Shown: in pieces, positions 29,842 to 39,769 of the stretch
Layout: each line of letters starts with the position of its first letter
Numbering within the stretch: position 1 is the stretch's first letter
NCBI GenBank assembly: GCA_027487215.1
Contig: JAIYDZ010000007.1
Location: 66,961-130,960 of the forward strand
Source: Pseudomonadota bacterium
Lineage (GTDB): Bacteria > Babelota > Babeliae > Babelales > CAIQNR01
DNA length: 64,000 bases
Direction: 5' to 3'
Made by a program: the position numbers and the translations under genes
Notes under the pieces: generated by a model
Database searches by the model: none
Told to the model about the DNA's origin: nothing
What the model saw: only the letters and a program-made list of their open reading frames with translations

Positions 29842-30009
29842 TTATTTCCAACGACGAGCTATGGTATCACGATTACTATACTTTTCAGCACGAGCTGAAT
29901 GTTTTTTCATCATTGGACCTTCACCAAAAGCTTTTTCTATAATAGGCATTGGTTTGCTTCGAGAAGATTCCATAAATTTACGATAAACTTTTTTCATAAG
30001 TTTTTTCAT
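29842..30009 (-). CDS. small basic hypothetical protein (55 aa)
   Basis: ATG 30009 lies 4 nt after AGGAG. MKKLMKKVYRKFMESSRSKPMP...RDTIARRWK is rich in K/R. No family recognised. Confidence 0.4.
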   Translation of the reverse strand: MKKLMKKVYRKFMESSRSKPMPIIEKAFGEGPMMKKHSARAEKYSNRDTIARRWK

Positions 30010-30127
30010 AAAACTCCTTAGATAGTCTTTAAAAGACTGTAGATACGCTCCATTTCCCCTTTTTAACCTCAATTATTATCATACAAAGAAAAAACGTGCA
30101 AACACAACGCTTTTTCTACTTTTATTT

Positions 30128-31417
30128 CTATCTGAAATATTCAGTTAAGCCTAAAGGTGAGATAAAATAAGCGTAATTCCATCCGACATATACAATCCAT
30201 CGAGACTCACAAAGTGCCTGAAATCTGGCAGTTTGCAGGAGCGAGTAGTCAAAGCGGGTTTGGCCAAAACACCCGTCATTGATTACCGCGACTGCTGGAA
30301 TTATTGAAGAATGAAATCGAGTAAGCCAAAAAAGTTCAGAACAAATAACAGGAATAAAGGGTCCTATAGATTTATAAGAAACAAGGGGTGGCAAATTTTT
30401 TGAACGAGAAAAATTCCTCCTTTTTGAGAGAAAAAAATTGAAAAAAGTCCTTTTATTAAAACGTTTTTCCTGTATTGTACGTTCAAATGTAGGGATTAAG
30501 TGAGACTTGTTATAATTTAGAATTATACGACATTGATCTATCAAAAACACAGAATTGTAAAGTTTATTATTTTTTAACGCATGGCCACTTACTAAAAATA
30601 GTTTATTATCCAATGCGTACTCACACCACATCTGTGTACAAAGTCCTTCTTGCACAGGAAATGGAAATACTGATTCAGGTGTAATAAACATCTGAAACTC
30701 TGACGTTTGAGCATTCATCATCGTATGACATAATTGTTGGGCAGTTTCTAAGGAATGTGTTCTGGAGTAAGACGGTTTGATATAACACAAACACTTAAAC
30801 CATTCAGGCTTAATCGGTTTTTTAATAGAAATAAAACTTCCTGCACACAATGGCACTGCTGCAATAAAAGTGAGTATCCAATATGATTTTTTTTCAAAAC
30901 CTTCTACAAAACTTACCTGTAATGCTATAAGCGCTGTCAGCATCTCTAGCGGATACTTCCATATTGAAGGATGTATTATTCCTGTAACATTAACTAAAGG
31001 AATAAGCGGAAACACAAAAGGATACCCCTCAACTCTGCCCAGCGGCCACAGCAGATACCAGTGTATGTAGTATCCATAGATAACGGCACCTACAATCCAC
31101 CCTACTACTCGATAATTATGTGTTAAAGACTGAGAAAACTTTATCCACAACGCACTATGAAATGCACAATATACAACAAATAATAACGGGTACATTAATC
31201 GCATTACACCAATACCATCATTAAAAACTACATAAAAAAGCCCTGCCCCCTGCACTCCAAAAACAATACATCCCCACACAAATCCTTCAAAAAAAGTTAT
31301 ATCAGTACGCTTAGCTGTGTAATACAATAATCCTACATAACAAAAGGTCCCTATAAAGCAGGGAGTCAAAAATGACGCTACAAAAAAAAGTGCGCTCAGA
31401 ATAACAAAGATATTCAT
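30128..31417 (-). CDS. lnt: apolipoprotein N-acyltransferase
   Basis: N-terminal ~7 TM helices plus a C-terminal CN-hydrolase domain. The Glu/Lys/Cys triad contexts are ITPESVFP, YNKSHLIPTFE and PVICSELFW. Start at ATG 31417 (AAAGAG upstream) or 31447. Confidence 0.7.
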   Translation of the reverse strand: MNIFVILSALFFVASFLTPCFIGTFCYVGLLYYTAKRTDITFFEGFVWGCIVFGVQGAGLFYVVFNDGIGVMRLMYPLLFVVYCAFHSALWIKFSQSLTHNYRVVGWIVGAVIYGYYIHWYLLWPLGRVEGYPFVFPLIPLVNVTGIIHPSIWKYPLEMLTALIALQVSFVEGFEKKSYWILTFIAAVPLCAGSFISIKKPIKPEWFKCLCYIKPSYSRTHSLETAQQLCHTMMNAQTSEFQMFITPESVFPFPVQEGLCTQMWCEYALDNKLFLVSGHALKNNKLYNSVFLIDQCRIILNYNKSHLIPTFERTIQEKRFNKRTFFNFFLSKRRNFSRSKNLPPLVSYKSIGPFIPVICSELFWLTRFHSSIIPAVAVINDGCFGQTRFDYSLLQTARFQALCESRWIVYVGWNYAYFISPLGLTEYFR

Positions 31418-31579
31418 TTTAATACTCTTTATTTGTACGACATACATAATTTTTAGACATCTTTAATGTATACATTTTTTAAACATATCACCCTATCGCT
31501 CGGACGCATTCCTTTTTCTTTCCTTAAGCTCTCTGCTAAGATAGTAAAGTATTTCAGCCTTTTAAATGAGGAATATTGA

Positions 31580-33202
31580 ATGAAAGTAGTACAAAAGTTT
31601 ATCTGGTCTTTGTTTTTGACAGGATCACTCTTTTTTAATTGCCTTGATGCTGCGCAAGCAATGCCAAACTTTGGCAACATGATGGGAAATGGTGGCGGTG
31701 GAATGCTTCCTATGCCTACTCCTGAAGAACTTAAGGAAATAGAAGAATTTCTTTCTAAACTGAGTCCTGAAGAGCTTGATCAACTTGCACAATTAGGTGA
31801 AGAAATTATTAAAAAAGCAGAAGAAGAAAACATGCCTCTCTTTTTTGATCCGGGAGCTTCTGGACCTGTGCAACCCTCTTTACCTACTCCTGCTATAAAA
31901 AAAGATGAAACAAAACCTACTATAAAAGTAGATAAACCTGCTCCTACCGTAAAACGTGGTGTATTAGAAGAAATCCGCGACACATTAGATAACCTTATTA
32001 AAACAATTGAATCAATCAGACAGAAAACTTCTTTTGATCAAATGATGGAAGATACTTTCTCTGTACTTGATGATTCAGTGAATAAACTTGTCTATTATCT
32101 GCATGTTGTTAACGATAGAAAAATCGCTCCTCATTTAAAGGATGCTGAATTTTCAGATCTCTATAAAAAAGTTTCTGCTCTTGCTGCCGATCTTAAGAAA
32201 CTTGATACACAATTTGATGTGCCTGAGTTTGGCATTATGACGAAAGCTAAAGAAGCCGAACGCAAAAAGAAAATTAAAAAAAGCGCTCCTGTGTTAAACG
32301 CTATCATAAGACGATTCAAAGCAGCGATTGAACAGGAAAGCATCCCAAGCGATCTGATTAAACTTATTGAAAAATATGAACCTGAAGCACTTAAAATAAA
32401 AACTACTTTGCAAGATCAAGAAAAAAAAGCGCTTGAATACACTAAAAAAGTTCCGGCAATAACTACCAATAAAGGCGGTCAAGTTCCTGGAGTTTCAACA
32501 TATCCTGCCGGTGGCTATAACAATTCCCCTACGTCATGGAATGCTCCTGCAGGGCAAGCTGGTTACAATCCTGCTGGACAGCCTCGTCCTTATAGTAACC
32601 CACAAGCACAAACAGCTGGAGCTTCTGAAAGAGGTGGTTCTCAAACTTTCCCAATGGGTCCTACAGGACGCGGTAGAAAATCATTATCTGGCGCTCCACG
32701 CGGATCATTAAGCCCTTATGACCAAAGAGATCCTGAAGAAGAAGATGAGGATGAAAACAATCCAACCAAAAAAACAACCTCAAAAAAACTGGCAAAAGAT
32801 TTAGAAATTGACATAAAAAAGCAGGTCGAAGAAGTAAACAACAGTCTTATCCCTTACAAGAGTAAACTTGATAATTACTTTGCAAGTTATGATTCTGCAA
32901 AAAATGATCCTGAAGACATTAAGACTGCTCTCAATGAAGTAAATTTCACTCTTAAAAAACTGAAGTCCACTACACAAAAATGGAATACAGCTATTCAAAA
33001 AGAAGCAAAAACAGCTAAAGATCTTACCTCTAAAACAAAAGAAATGAATGATTTTTACAATTCTATCAACACCAAAGCGTTACGCGAACTCAAAGATACA
33101 CTTTCGGTAATAGAGAGCAACAAAGTTAAACTTGAAGGAAACGTAAAAAAGTTCAAAGAGTATATAGACGACTTTGAAAAGAAAATCAAAGGACAAGCTT
33201 AA
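31580..33202 (+). CDS. secreted low-complexity/coiled-coil hypothetical protein
   Basis: RBS GAGG and signal peptide ...NCLDAAQA. G/M/P-rich start (NFGNMMGNGGGGMLPMPTPEEL), helical K/E-rich blocks, a P/G/Q/N-rich disordered centre and the acidic run DPEEEDEDENN. Confidence 0.6.
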   Translation: MKVVQKFIWSLFLTGSLFFNCLDAAQAMPNFGNMMGNGGGGMLPMPTPEELKEIEEFLSKLSPEELDQLAQLGEEIIKKAEEENMPLFFDPGASGPVQPSLPTPAIKKDETKPTIKVDKPAPTVKRGVLEEIRDTLDNLIKTIESIRQKTSFDQMMEDTFSVLDDSVNKLVYYLHVVNDRKIAPHLKDAEFSDLYKKVSALAADLKKLDTQFDVPEFGIMTKAKEAERKKKIKKSAPVLNAIIRRFKAAIEQESIPSDLIKLIEKYEPEALKIKTTLQDQEKKALEYTKKVPAITTNKGGQVPGVSTYPAGGYNNSPTSWNAPAGQAGYNPAGQPRPYSNPQAQTAGASERGGSQTFPMGPTGRGRKSLSGAPRGSLSPYDQRDPEEEDEDENNPTKKTTSKKLAKDLEIDIKKQVEEVNNSLIPYKSKLDNYFASYDSAKNDPEDIKTALNEVNFTLKKLKSTTQKWNTAIQKEAKTAKDLTSKTKEMNDFYNSINTKALRELKDTLSVIESNKVKLEGNVKKFKEYIDDFEKKIKGQA

Positions 33203-33218
33203 CTCTTTAGAAATAGTT

Positions 33219-33262
33219 ACAAACAAAAAGAGGCTTTCGTTTGAAAGCCTCTTTTTGTTTGT
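33219..33262. terminator. bidirectional terminator between convergent genes
   Basis: Perfect 20-bp stem: ACAAACAAAAAGAGGCTTTC (33219-38), loop GTTT, GAAAGCCTCTTTTTGTTTGT (33243-62). U-runs result on both strands. Confidence 0.85.
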
Positions 33263-33308
33263 ATTTGTTAAGTCACGAGTAACACTTATAACTTCTAGCT
33301 TGGCAACC

Positions 33309-36209
33309 CTAATTCTGTTTTTGTGCAACTGCAAACTGACAACGTTTGCACAAGCCGTGTTCATGGTCGCTCGGCTCCCACTGCCAACAACGTGGACACT
33401 TACTTCCATCAGCCTTACTTGCTTTTACCATCAACCCATTATCAGAAGCTGTCGCAAACTCTAATGATTCTTCATCGCAAACTTCTTCATCTTCGTAAAA
33501 ATCATCTTCTAAATCATCAGCTTTAATTACTGTTACTGCTGAAGTAATAAAGTACTCTTTTAAAAGATCTTGCACATTATGACCAGCGTGCTCTACATCA
33601 GCCAGCATCTGAACAACTGGCGTGACTTTTTCTTGTGATATGTTCATGACCAGTGTCACTTTCGCTTCTAAAGAATGTTTAATAACAGCCTTTTCACGAA
33701 GCGTTTCAAGCGCTTTTAGCACTACAGAACGGACGCCCCGCAATGCTTCCCACTGACCCTCTTTTTTTAGTACTTCATCACTTTTCCAAACACACGGCAA
33801 AACTGCAAAATTTTGCAAATGTATCGATCTCTTTTTTTCTTTTTGATAACAATCTGAAAGCTGCTCAGCTGTAAATGACAAAATTGGTGCCATTAACTTA
33901 GTGAGCGTATCAATCATATACCAACACACTGTTTGCGCTGAACGACGTGACTGACCATCGGCAACATCGGTATATAAACGATCTTTAATAATATCCAGAT
34001 AAAACGCACTCAATTCACCTGAAGAATAATCTGCAAAATGATGCTGCACTGCCGTTAAATCATAGTCACGGTACGCTTTTTGCACCGTATCATTAAACTG
34101 CGATAATCTATGCAGCGCATACTGATCGATTGGACTGAGTTTTTCAACGGGCAATAAATCAACTGTTGCATCAAAATCGTACAAGTTTGACACTAAAAAG
34201 CGACAGGTGTTACGAATTTTTCTAAATACTTCCTTGATATTTTCAAGTAATACTTTTGAAACAACCGCATCACTTTCTGCGTCAATACTTGATGCCCACA
34301 AACGCAATCCATCAGTACCTAACTCATTGATCATTTCTTGCGGTGCAACAACGTTTCCAAGCGACTTGGACATTTTATGTCCCTTAACGTCAACCGTGTA
34401 TCCGTGTGTTGCAATTGTGGCAGTACACATCGTGCCTTCAAGCGCAATACTGGTTAGCAAGGAACTTTGGAACCATCCACGATGTTGATCACTTCCTTCA
34501 ATATAAATATCTGCAGGATATGATTGTGATGAAAATCCTTTAAGTACTGCAAAATGACTAATCCCTGAATCAAACCACACATCAAGAATATCACCTTCTT
34601 TGACAAACTCAGTCGATCCACACGATTTACATGATGCATTATGTGGTAAAATATCTTCTAATTTTACACGATCCCAATACTCAACGCCTTCTTGTGCAAT
34701 AGCATCAGCAACTTTATTAATCATGGTTGCATCAAAAAATGCTGCGTCACACTTTTTACACAGTGCTGCAACAATGGGAACACCCCAAATTCTTTGACGT
34801 GATAAACACCATTCTAAACGTCCGCCAACAGAAGCTTTTAAACGATTTTGTGTACGCGCAGGAATAAATTTTGTTTTCTCTAGTGCTTCCAGTGCACGTT
34901 CACGTAAATCATTATGCGCCAAGTTACAGAACCATTGTTTTGTTGCTCTGAAAATTAATCCATTTCTGCAACGCCAACAATGCGGATAACTGTGTTTAAT
35001 CGATTCTTTGTAAATTAATAAACCACGTTCAGTAAGTGCATTAATTACCCAGCCATGAGCTTTGGTAACTTCTTGTCCTTCTAACTCAACCGGTTTAATT
35101 CCAGGGGTGTAACGACCATCTTGTGAAAGCGGTGAAAAAATTTCAATGCCATTTTTTACGCCAATTTCATAATCTTCAGGACCGCATCCAGGAGCACCAT
35201 GTACACACGCAGTACCATCTTCAAGTCCTACAAACGGTGCACCTAAAATTGCTGACGTTTGTCCTTCAATAAACGGATGCTGTGCAAACCCACCAATCAA
35301 ATCTTCTGCTTTGCACTCAGCAATAACTTTTTTCTCTACGCCCACTTTTTTACAAATTGCATCAGCAAGTGCAGCCCCCACAACATACAGTCCATTATTG
35401 ATTTCAATAACTTGATACGATGCTTCAGGTTTTAAAAGAACCATTTTATTAAGTGGCAATGTCCACGGAGTGGTTGTCCAAATTAAGACATGTACTTGTT
35501 GAGTAATACCTGCAAAAGCACGCTTTTGTGTTTCTGGTGTTAAAGGAAATGCAACATACAATGAAGGGTCTTTGCGTTCAGCATATTCAATCTCTGCCGT
35601 TGCCAAAACTGTTTGGCATGATGCACACCAAGGCACCGTTTTATTTTTGCGTTCAATATATCCACGATGAACAAATTCACCAAAGGCACGAACGGTTGCC
35701 GCTTCATACTCAGGAGACATCGTTAAATAAGGATGTTCCCAGTCCATCAAAACACCAAGTTCTTTAAACTGTGCTTTTTGTGCGTCAATCCACTGTTGTG
35801 CATACGTACGACATGCTTTTTTAAGATCAGCCGGCGCAAGTCCCGGTTGTTCGGTGGTAACTTTTAGTTCTATAGGAAGACCATGACAATCCCATCCTGG
35901 TGTAACAGGAACATGTTTTCCCATCATACGCTGAGATTTGGTAACGATATCTTTTAAAACTTTATTGTAAGCGTGGCCTAAATGGATGTTTCCATTTGCA
36001 TAGGGAGGCCCATCATGCAGAATGTACTGCTGAGCACCTTTATTGTGCTCAAATGAAGCTTTATAAAGATCCTGAGACTGCCACCGTTCAAGAATTTGAG
36101 GATCATCTACAGCAGCTTGTGCACGAATAGGAAAATCGGTCCTTGGAAGGTTGAGAGTCTCTTTAAAACTCACCTTCACGGGCGCTTCCTGATGCTTTAA
36201 ATCTGCCAT
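33309..36209 (-). CDS. ileS: isoleucyl-tRNA synthetase
   Basis: HIGH motif (PPYANGNIHLGHAYN), KMSKS (HKMSKSLGN), a CP1 editing insertion and a C-terminal Zn-finger CPRCWQW...CKRC. Confidence 0.97.
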   Translation of the reverse strand: MADLKHQEAPVKVSFKETLNLPRTDFPIRAQAAVDDPQILERWQSQDLYKASFEHNKGAQQYILHDGPPYANGNIHLGHAYNKVLKDIVTKSQRMMGKHVPVTPGWDCHGLPIELKVTTEQPGLAPADLKKACRTYAQQWIDAQKAQFKELGVLMDWEHPYLTMSPEYEAATVRAFGEFVHRGYIERKNKTVPWCASCQTVLATAEIEYAERKDPSLYVAFPLTPETQKRAFAGITQQVHVLIWTTTPWTLPLNKMVLLKPEASYQVIEINNGLYVVGAALADAICKKVGVEKKVIAECKAEDLIGGFAQHPFIEGQTSAILGAPFVGLEDGTACVHGAPGCGPEDYEIGVKNGIEIFSPLSQDGRYTPGIKPVELEGQEVTKAHGWVINALTERGLLIYKESIKHSYPHCWRCRNGLIFRATKQWFCNLAHNDLRERALEALEKTKFIPARTQNRLKASVGGRLEWCLSRQRIWGVPIVAALCKKCDAAFFDATMINKVADAIAQEGVEYWDRVKLEDILPHNASCKSCGSTEFVKEGDILDVWFDSGISHFAVLKGFSSQSYPADIYIEGSDQHRGWFQSSLLTSIALEGTMCTATIATHGYTVDVKGHKMSKSLGNVVAPQEMINELGTDGLRLWASSIDAESDAVVSKVLLENIKEVFRKIRNTCRFLVSNLYDFDATVDLLPVEKLSPIDQYALHRLSQFNDTVQKAYRDYDLTAVQHHFADYSSGELSAFYLDIIKDRLYTDVADGQSRRSAQTVCWYMIDTLTKLMAPILSFTAEQLSDCYQKEKKRSIHLQNFAVLPCVWKSDEVLKKEGQWEALRGVRSVVLKALETLREKAVIKHSLEAKVTLVMNISQEKVTPVVQMLADVEHAGHNVQDLLKEYFITSAVTVIKADDLEDDFYEDEEVCDEESLEFATASDNGLMVKASKADGSKCPRCWQWEPSDHEHGLCKRCQFAVAQKQN

Positions 36210-36308
36210 AAAATGTTCCTTATCTTCTTTAAAAAGTTCACTACCACGACTTGTTCGAGTATACTCCTTCTGGACATTTTCTCAACCCAAAAAACGAGCC
36301 AAAAACCT

Positions 36309-37577
36309 ATGAAAATCAATGTTACCGGGAAAAAAATTGGTATTTGGGGCTTCGGGGAAGTAGGAAAAAGTTCTTTAAGCTTTTTCTCACAATTTCCCTG
36401 CTCCCTTTCAGTATGCGACTCACGTGAGCTTAATGGGCATGAACAGGCACTTTTAGAAGGACATAACGCCCGCTTTGTCCCTTACTCCTTACTCCCCCAA
36501 TTTTTAGAAGCTCATGACTTTATTGTACCAAGCCCGGGCATCAGTCTACATGCCTATCAAGAAATAGATGAAATCAAAGAAAAATTCCTTCATCCGCTCG
36601 ATATTTTTGCTCAAAATCTGACTAAACCGACTATCGCGGTGACTGGCTCTGTAGGAAAAACTACGACAGTTGCGGTACTAGCCCATCTGCTTAATAAGCT
36701 TGGTAAAAAGGCATTAATCGCGGGAAATAGTGGAGTTCCCTTATTTGATGCACTCAGCATTCAAGATCGTTACGATATTATAGTTCTTGAACTTTCAAGC
36801 TTCCAGCTCCAATACCAAACGCAGTATCAGGCAGATATTGCTGTTATTACCAACTTTATTCCTAACCATCTTGATCAACATAAAACACTTGAAGAGTATT
36901 TGACCGCCAAAGGGCAACTGTTTGCGCGGCAAGCTGAAAATCAAAAAGCGATCATTCCCTTTTCTTTAATGGATACTGTGTGGAATTTCACTAATGGACA
37001 AAAAATTACATGGGTTGGTCCTGATGCATATCAAGACATAACTAAAAAATTATCCGACATAACCTGCCATGAAAACATGCAACTGATTTTAGAAGTTCTT
37101 GAAACGATGGAATTATCAACAGAAAATGTTGAACAACTTTGTGCCGACTTTAAACCACTTGAGCATCGTGTAGAATTTGTAAAAACAGTCAATGGAATAA
37201 GTTTTTATAATGATTCAAAAGCAACGTTAGCTGATTCAACCTTACAAGCGGTTAACCGCTTTGATAAACCGATTTTATTTTTGGGTGGACTGAGTAAAGG
37301 TGTTGATCGTGCTCCGCTTGTTAAAGCGCTGCGCAACAAAGTGAAATCAGTTATCTGCTTTGGTAAAGAAGCTGATGATCTGAATGGTTTTTGTAAAAAA
37401 TACAAAATTGAAAGCACATCACACAAAACACTTGAGCAAGCGTTTGACTACTGCATTACAATTGCTCAAAGTGGAGACACGGTACTCTTTTCACCTTCTG
37501 GTTCAAGTTATGATCTCTTTAAAAATTATATTGAACGGGGAAATCGATTTAAAGAATTAATAAAAGATTTAAAATAG
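36309..37577 (+). CDS. murD: UDP-N-acetylmuramoylalanine--D-glutamate ligase
   Basis: KKIGIWGFGEVGKS (Rossmann), VTGSVGKTTT (P-loop) and the Mur ligase middle and C-terminal domains. ATG 36309; the track's 32-codon extension lies within the ileS-murD divergent spacer upstream of this ATG. Confidence 0.9.
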   Translation: MKINVTGKKIGIWGFGEVGKSSLSFFSQFPCSLSVCDSRELNGHEQALLEGHNARFVPYSLLPQFLEAHDFIVPSPGISLHAYQEIDEIKEKFLHPLDIFAQNLTKPTIAVTGSVGKTTTVAVLAHLLNKLGKKALIAGNSGVPLFDALSIQDRYDIIVLELSSFQLQYQTQYQADIAVITNFIPNHLDQHKTLEEYLTAKGQLFARQAENQKAIIPFSLMDTVWNFTNGQKITWVGPDAYQDITKKLSDITCHENMQLILEVLETMELSTENVEQLCADFKPLEHRVEFVKTVNGISFYNDSKATLADSTLQAVNRFDKPILFLGGLSKGVDRAPLVKALRNKVKSVICFGKEADDLNGFCKKYKIESTSHKTLEQAFDYCITIAQSGDTVLFSPSGSSYDLFKNYIERGNRFKELIKDLK

Positions 37578-37587
37578 ATTTAGAATT

Positions 37588-37625
37588 AATAAAGACCTTG
37601 TCTGCTAGCAAGGTCTTTATTTTTA
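37588..37625 (+). terminator. rho-independent terminator of murD
   Basis: AATAAAGACCTTG (37588-600) pairs perfectly with CAAGGTCTTTATT (37609-21), then TTTT. Confidence 0.8.
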
Positions 37626-37701
37626 CTTTTGAAGCAATTTGACAATATCGCTTGAACGATTATTTTCAACAACAATTTTTAAGCAGTCCTACCAAAGCAC
37701 C

Positions 37702-38319
37702 TTATTTCCCTTGGTTCACACTATTTTGATCGTCAACTAACTTCTTAATTTCTGGTGTTGCCTTACTATAAAATATACTAAAAGCGTCTCTGAAATTTGA
37801 ACTTGTTGATATTTTATTATAATCAATTTGTGCGCCCTTTTTTAAAAGAGCAAGTGCAATTTCAGGTGAGCATCCATTTTCAATAACAATTGTAAGAGCT
37901 GTAACACCAAATCTAGCTTGAATAGAAATATCTGCGTTATTATTAAGCAACATTTGTAAGATCTCTTGATTACAGTTGCTTGCAGCAGACATTAACGCAG
38001 TCCTCTGGTTACCATCTTGTGCATTAATGTCTACTATTTTGCCATGTAATTTTTTATTTAATAAAAACTCTACCGCCACTTTATCATTATCCTGAACTTT
38101 TCTTATTAAAACAGTAGCATTACTACGATCACGAGTGTTGATATCAGCACCTTTTTTAAGAGCTTTTTTTGCATCTTCAAAATCTTTTTTATAAATAGCA
38201 TTTTTAAAATCAACATCAACTTGCTTGGTTTGATCAGAGTAACCTCCAGGTCTGCCTGCAAAAATTGACTGCCCGCACAATATCAAAAACAACAAAATAA
38301 ATAACTTATTTTTTACCAT
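37702..38319 (-). CDS. secreted ankyrin-repeat protein (about 4 repeats)
   Basis: Signal peptide MVKNKLFILLFLILCGQSIFA. Repeats include RTALMSAASNCNQEILQMLLNNNADISIQ and GVTALTIVIENGCSPEIALALLKKGAQID. Confidence 0.85.
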   Translation of the reverse strand: MVKNKLFILLFLILCGQSIFAGRPGGYSDQTKQVDVDFKNAIYKKDFEDAKKALKKGADINTRDRSNATVLIRKVQDNDKVAVEFLLNKKLHGKIVDINAQDGNQRTALMSAASNCNQEILQMLLNNNADISIQARFGVTALTIVIENGCSPEIALALLKKGAQIDYNKISTSSNFRDAFSIFYSKATPEIKKLVDDQNSVNQGK

Positions 38320-38568
38320 TACTGTCCCTTTTTAAAACCATGTAAAACTCTTGCCCCAACGACTGTAAATATAAGTGACTAATTAGAAGTACTGCAATAA
38401 AGCTTTGCTACATCTGAATTAAAGACCTTATAAATAATTAATCTAAAAAATGTACTTTTAAAGTATCTAAAGCTTTTCTTGCTCACTCTTTAGAAAATTA
38501 TATACGTTACTACACGTAATAAAAAAGCACGCACCTGCACTTGTTCTGCATACAGGAGAATTACCTAC

Positions 38569-39714
38569 ATGTTTGTCAGAAAAAATCGTCTACGATCAGA
38601 TTTAAATAGTTTCTTGATTGTGACAGCTGCTCTTATTATTATTGGATTTTTATTTATCTATTCATCAAGTTCAGTCTATGCGCTTGAACGATTTAATGCC
38701 CCGCATTATTTTATCAAAAAACAACTTATTGGGCTGATTGTTGGAATTGTAGGATTTCTTTTTGCACGCATACTCTCACTCGATTTTATTGAAGGCATGA
38801 CCCCCCTCTTTTTTATGGGATCATTGGGGCTCACTGCATTCACCCTACTTTCTCAGTTTGGAATTCGCATTCATGGATCAAGCCGCTGGTTATCACTAGG
38901 AGTCACTGATTTACAACCAAGTGAACTTCTTAAAATTGCATTCATTTTGTACATCGCCCGCTTTTTAACCAAAAAAGAAAAACACAAATTTACCTTCACA
39001 AAATCCTACCTTCCTTTTTTAATCGTCTGCGCACTAGTCGGGGGTATTTTACTCAAACAACCTGATTTTGGACTCGCAGTGACATTAATCACGACAGCAT
39101 TTTTGATGTTATTCATTGCAGGGTTTCCCATTAAGCATCTTTTTTTAACACTCTTAGGACTTACGCCAGTCGTGGGACTTCTTGTCTTTACGCAGGCATA
39201 TCGTTTGCGACGTGTGCTTACTTTTTTAAATCCTTGGAACGACCCACAAGGGGCGGGATTTCAAATTATTCAATCGCTTATTGCAATTGGATCAGGAAAC
39301 TGGTGGGGAACAGGCATAGCTCATTCAAAACAAAAGTACTTCTATTTGCCGATGCAACACACTGATTTTATCTTTTCAATCATTGCCGAAGAGACCGGTT
39401 TTATCGGTTCTTCAATTATTATCCTGCTCTATGTTTTATTTCTCTATTACGGTCTTAAAATCGCGTCACAACTAACCAATCGGTTCCATATTTTTGCATG
39501 CACAGGATTTGTTCTTTTAACATCGCTTCAAGCGCTCATTAATATTTTTGTGGCTACAGGATTACTTCCTACTAAAGGAATTGGACTTCCTCTTATTAGT
39601 TACGGAAACTCATCGCTTGTATGTACCTGTTTAATGATAGGGCTCATTGTCAATATGGCCAGCAATGAATATGGATATGGTATGAACTCAAAAAGAAAAA
39701 CTTCCGCTGCATAA
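38569..39714 (+). CDS. ftsW: SEDS-family peptidoglycan glycosyltransferase FtsW (FtsW/RodA)
   Basis: RWLSLGVTDLQPSELLKIAFILY, LKQPDFG, QSLIAIGSGNWWGTG and HTDFIFSIIAEETGF. Position next to murD favours FtsW over RodA. Confidence 0.85.
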   Translation: MFVRKNRLRSDLNSFLIVTAALIIIGFLFIYSSSSVYALERFNAPHYFIKKQLIGLIVGIVGFLFARILSLDFIEGMTPLFFMGSLGLTAFTLLSQFGIRIHGSSRWLSLGVTDLQPSELLKIAFILYIARFLTKKEKHKFTFTKSYLPFLIVCALVGGILLKQPDFGLAVTLITTAFLMLFIAGFPIKHLFLTLLGLTPVVGLLVFTQAYRLRRVLTFLNPWNDPQGAGFQIIQSLIAIGSGNWWGTGIAHSKQKYFYLPMQHTDFIFSIIAEETGFIGSSIIILLYVLFLYYGLKIASQLTNRFHIFACTGFVLLTSLQALINIFVATGLLPTKGIGLPLISYGNSSLVCTCLMIGLIVNMASNEYGYGMNSKRKTSAA

Positions 39715-39720
39715 AAACAA

Positions 39721-39760
39721 AAAAATACCGAGCTATCCTTTTTGATAAACTCGGTATTTT
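39721..39760. terminator. bidirectional terminator between convergent genes
   Basis: AAAAATACCGAG (39721-32) pairs with CTCGGTATTTT (39750-60). A-run on the left and T-run on the right. Confidence 0.7.
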
Positions 39761-39769
39761 AAAGTTTAA

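Noticed and set aside
31453-31680. 75-aa minus-strand ORF in the lnt/31580 divergent region.
   Set aside because: It overlaps the start and signal peptide of the plus-strand secreted protein, has no RBS, and is probably spurious.
36213-36308. 32-codon N-terminal extension of the murD ORF.
   Set aside because: It covers the whole ileS-murD divergent spacer (it starts only 4 nt from the ileS start codon) and has a junk-like peptide sequence. MurD homology starts at ATG 36309 (MKINVTGKKIGIWGFG).
39721-39760. Shared ATACCGAG...CTCGGTAT core between this terminator and the one at 16623..16660, considered as a REP-like repeat family.
   Set aside because: Only an 8-bp core is shared, in two copies. 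That is insufficient to call a dispersed repeat.
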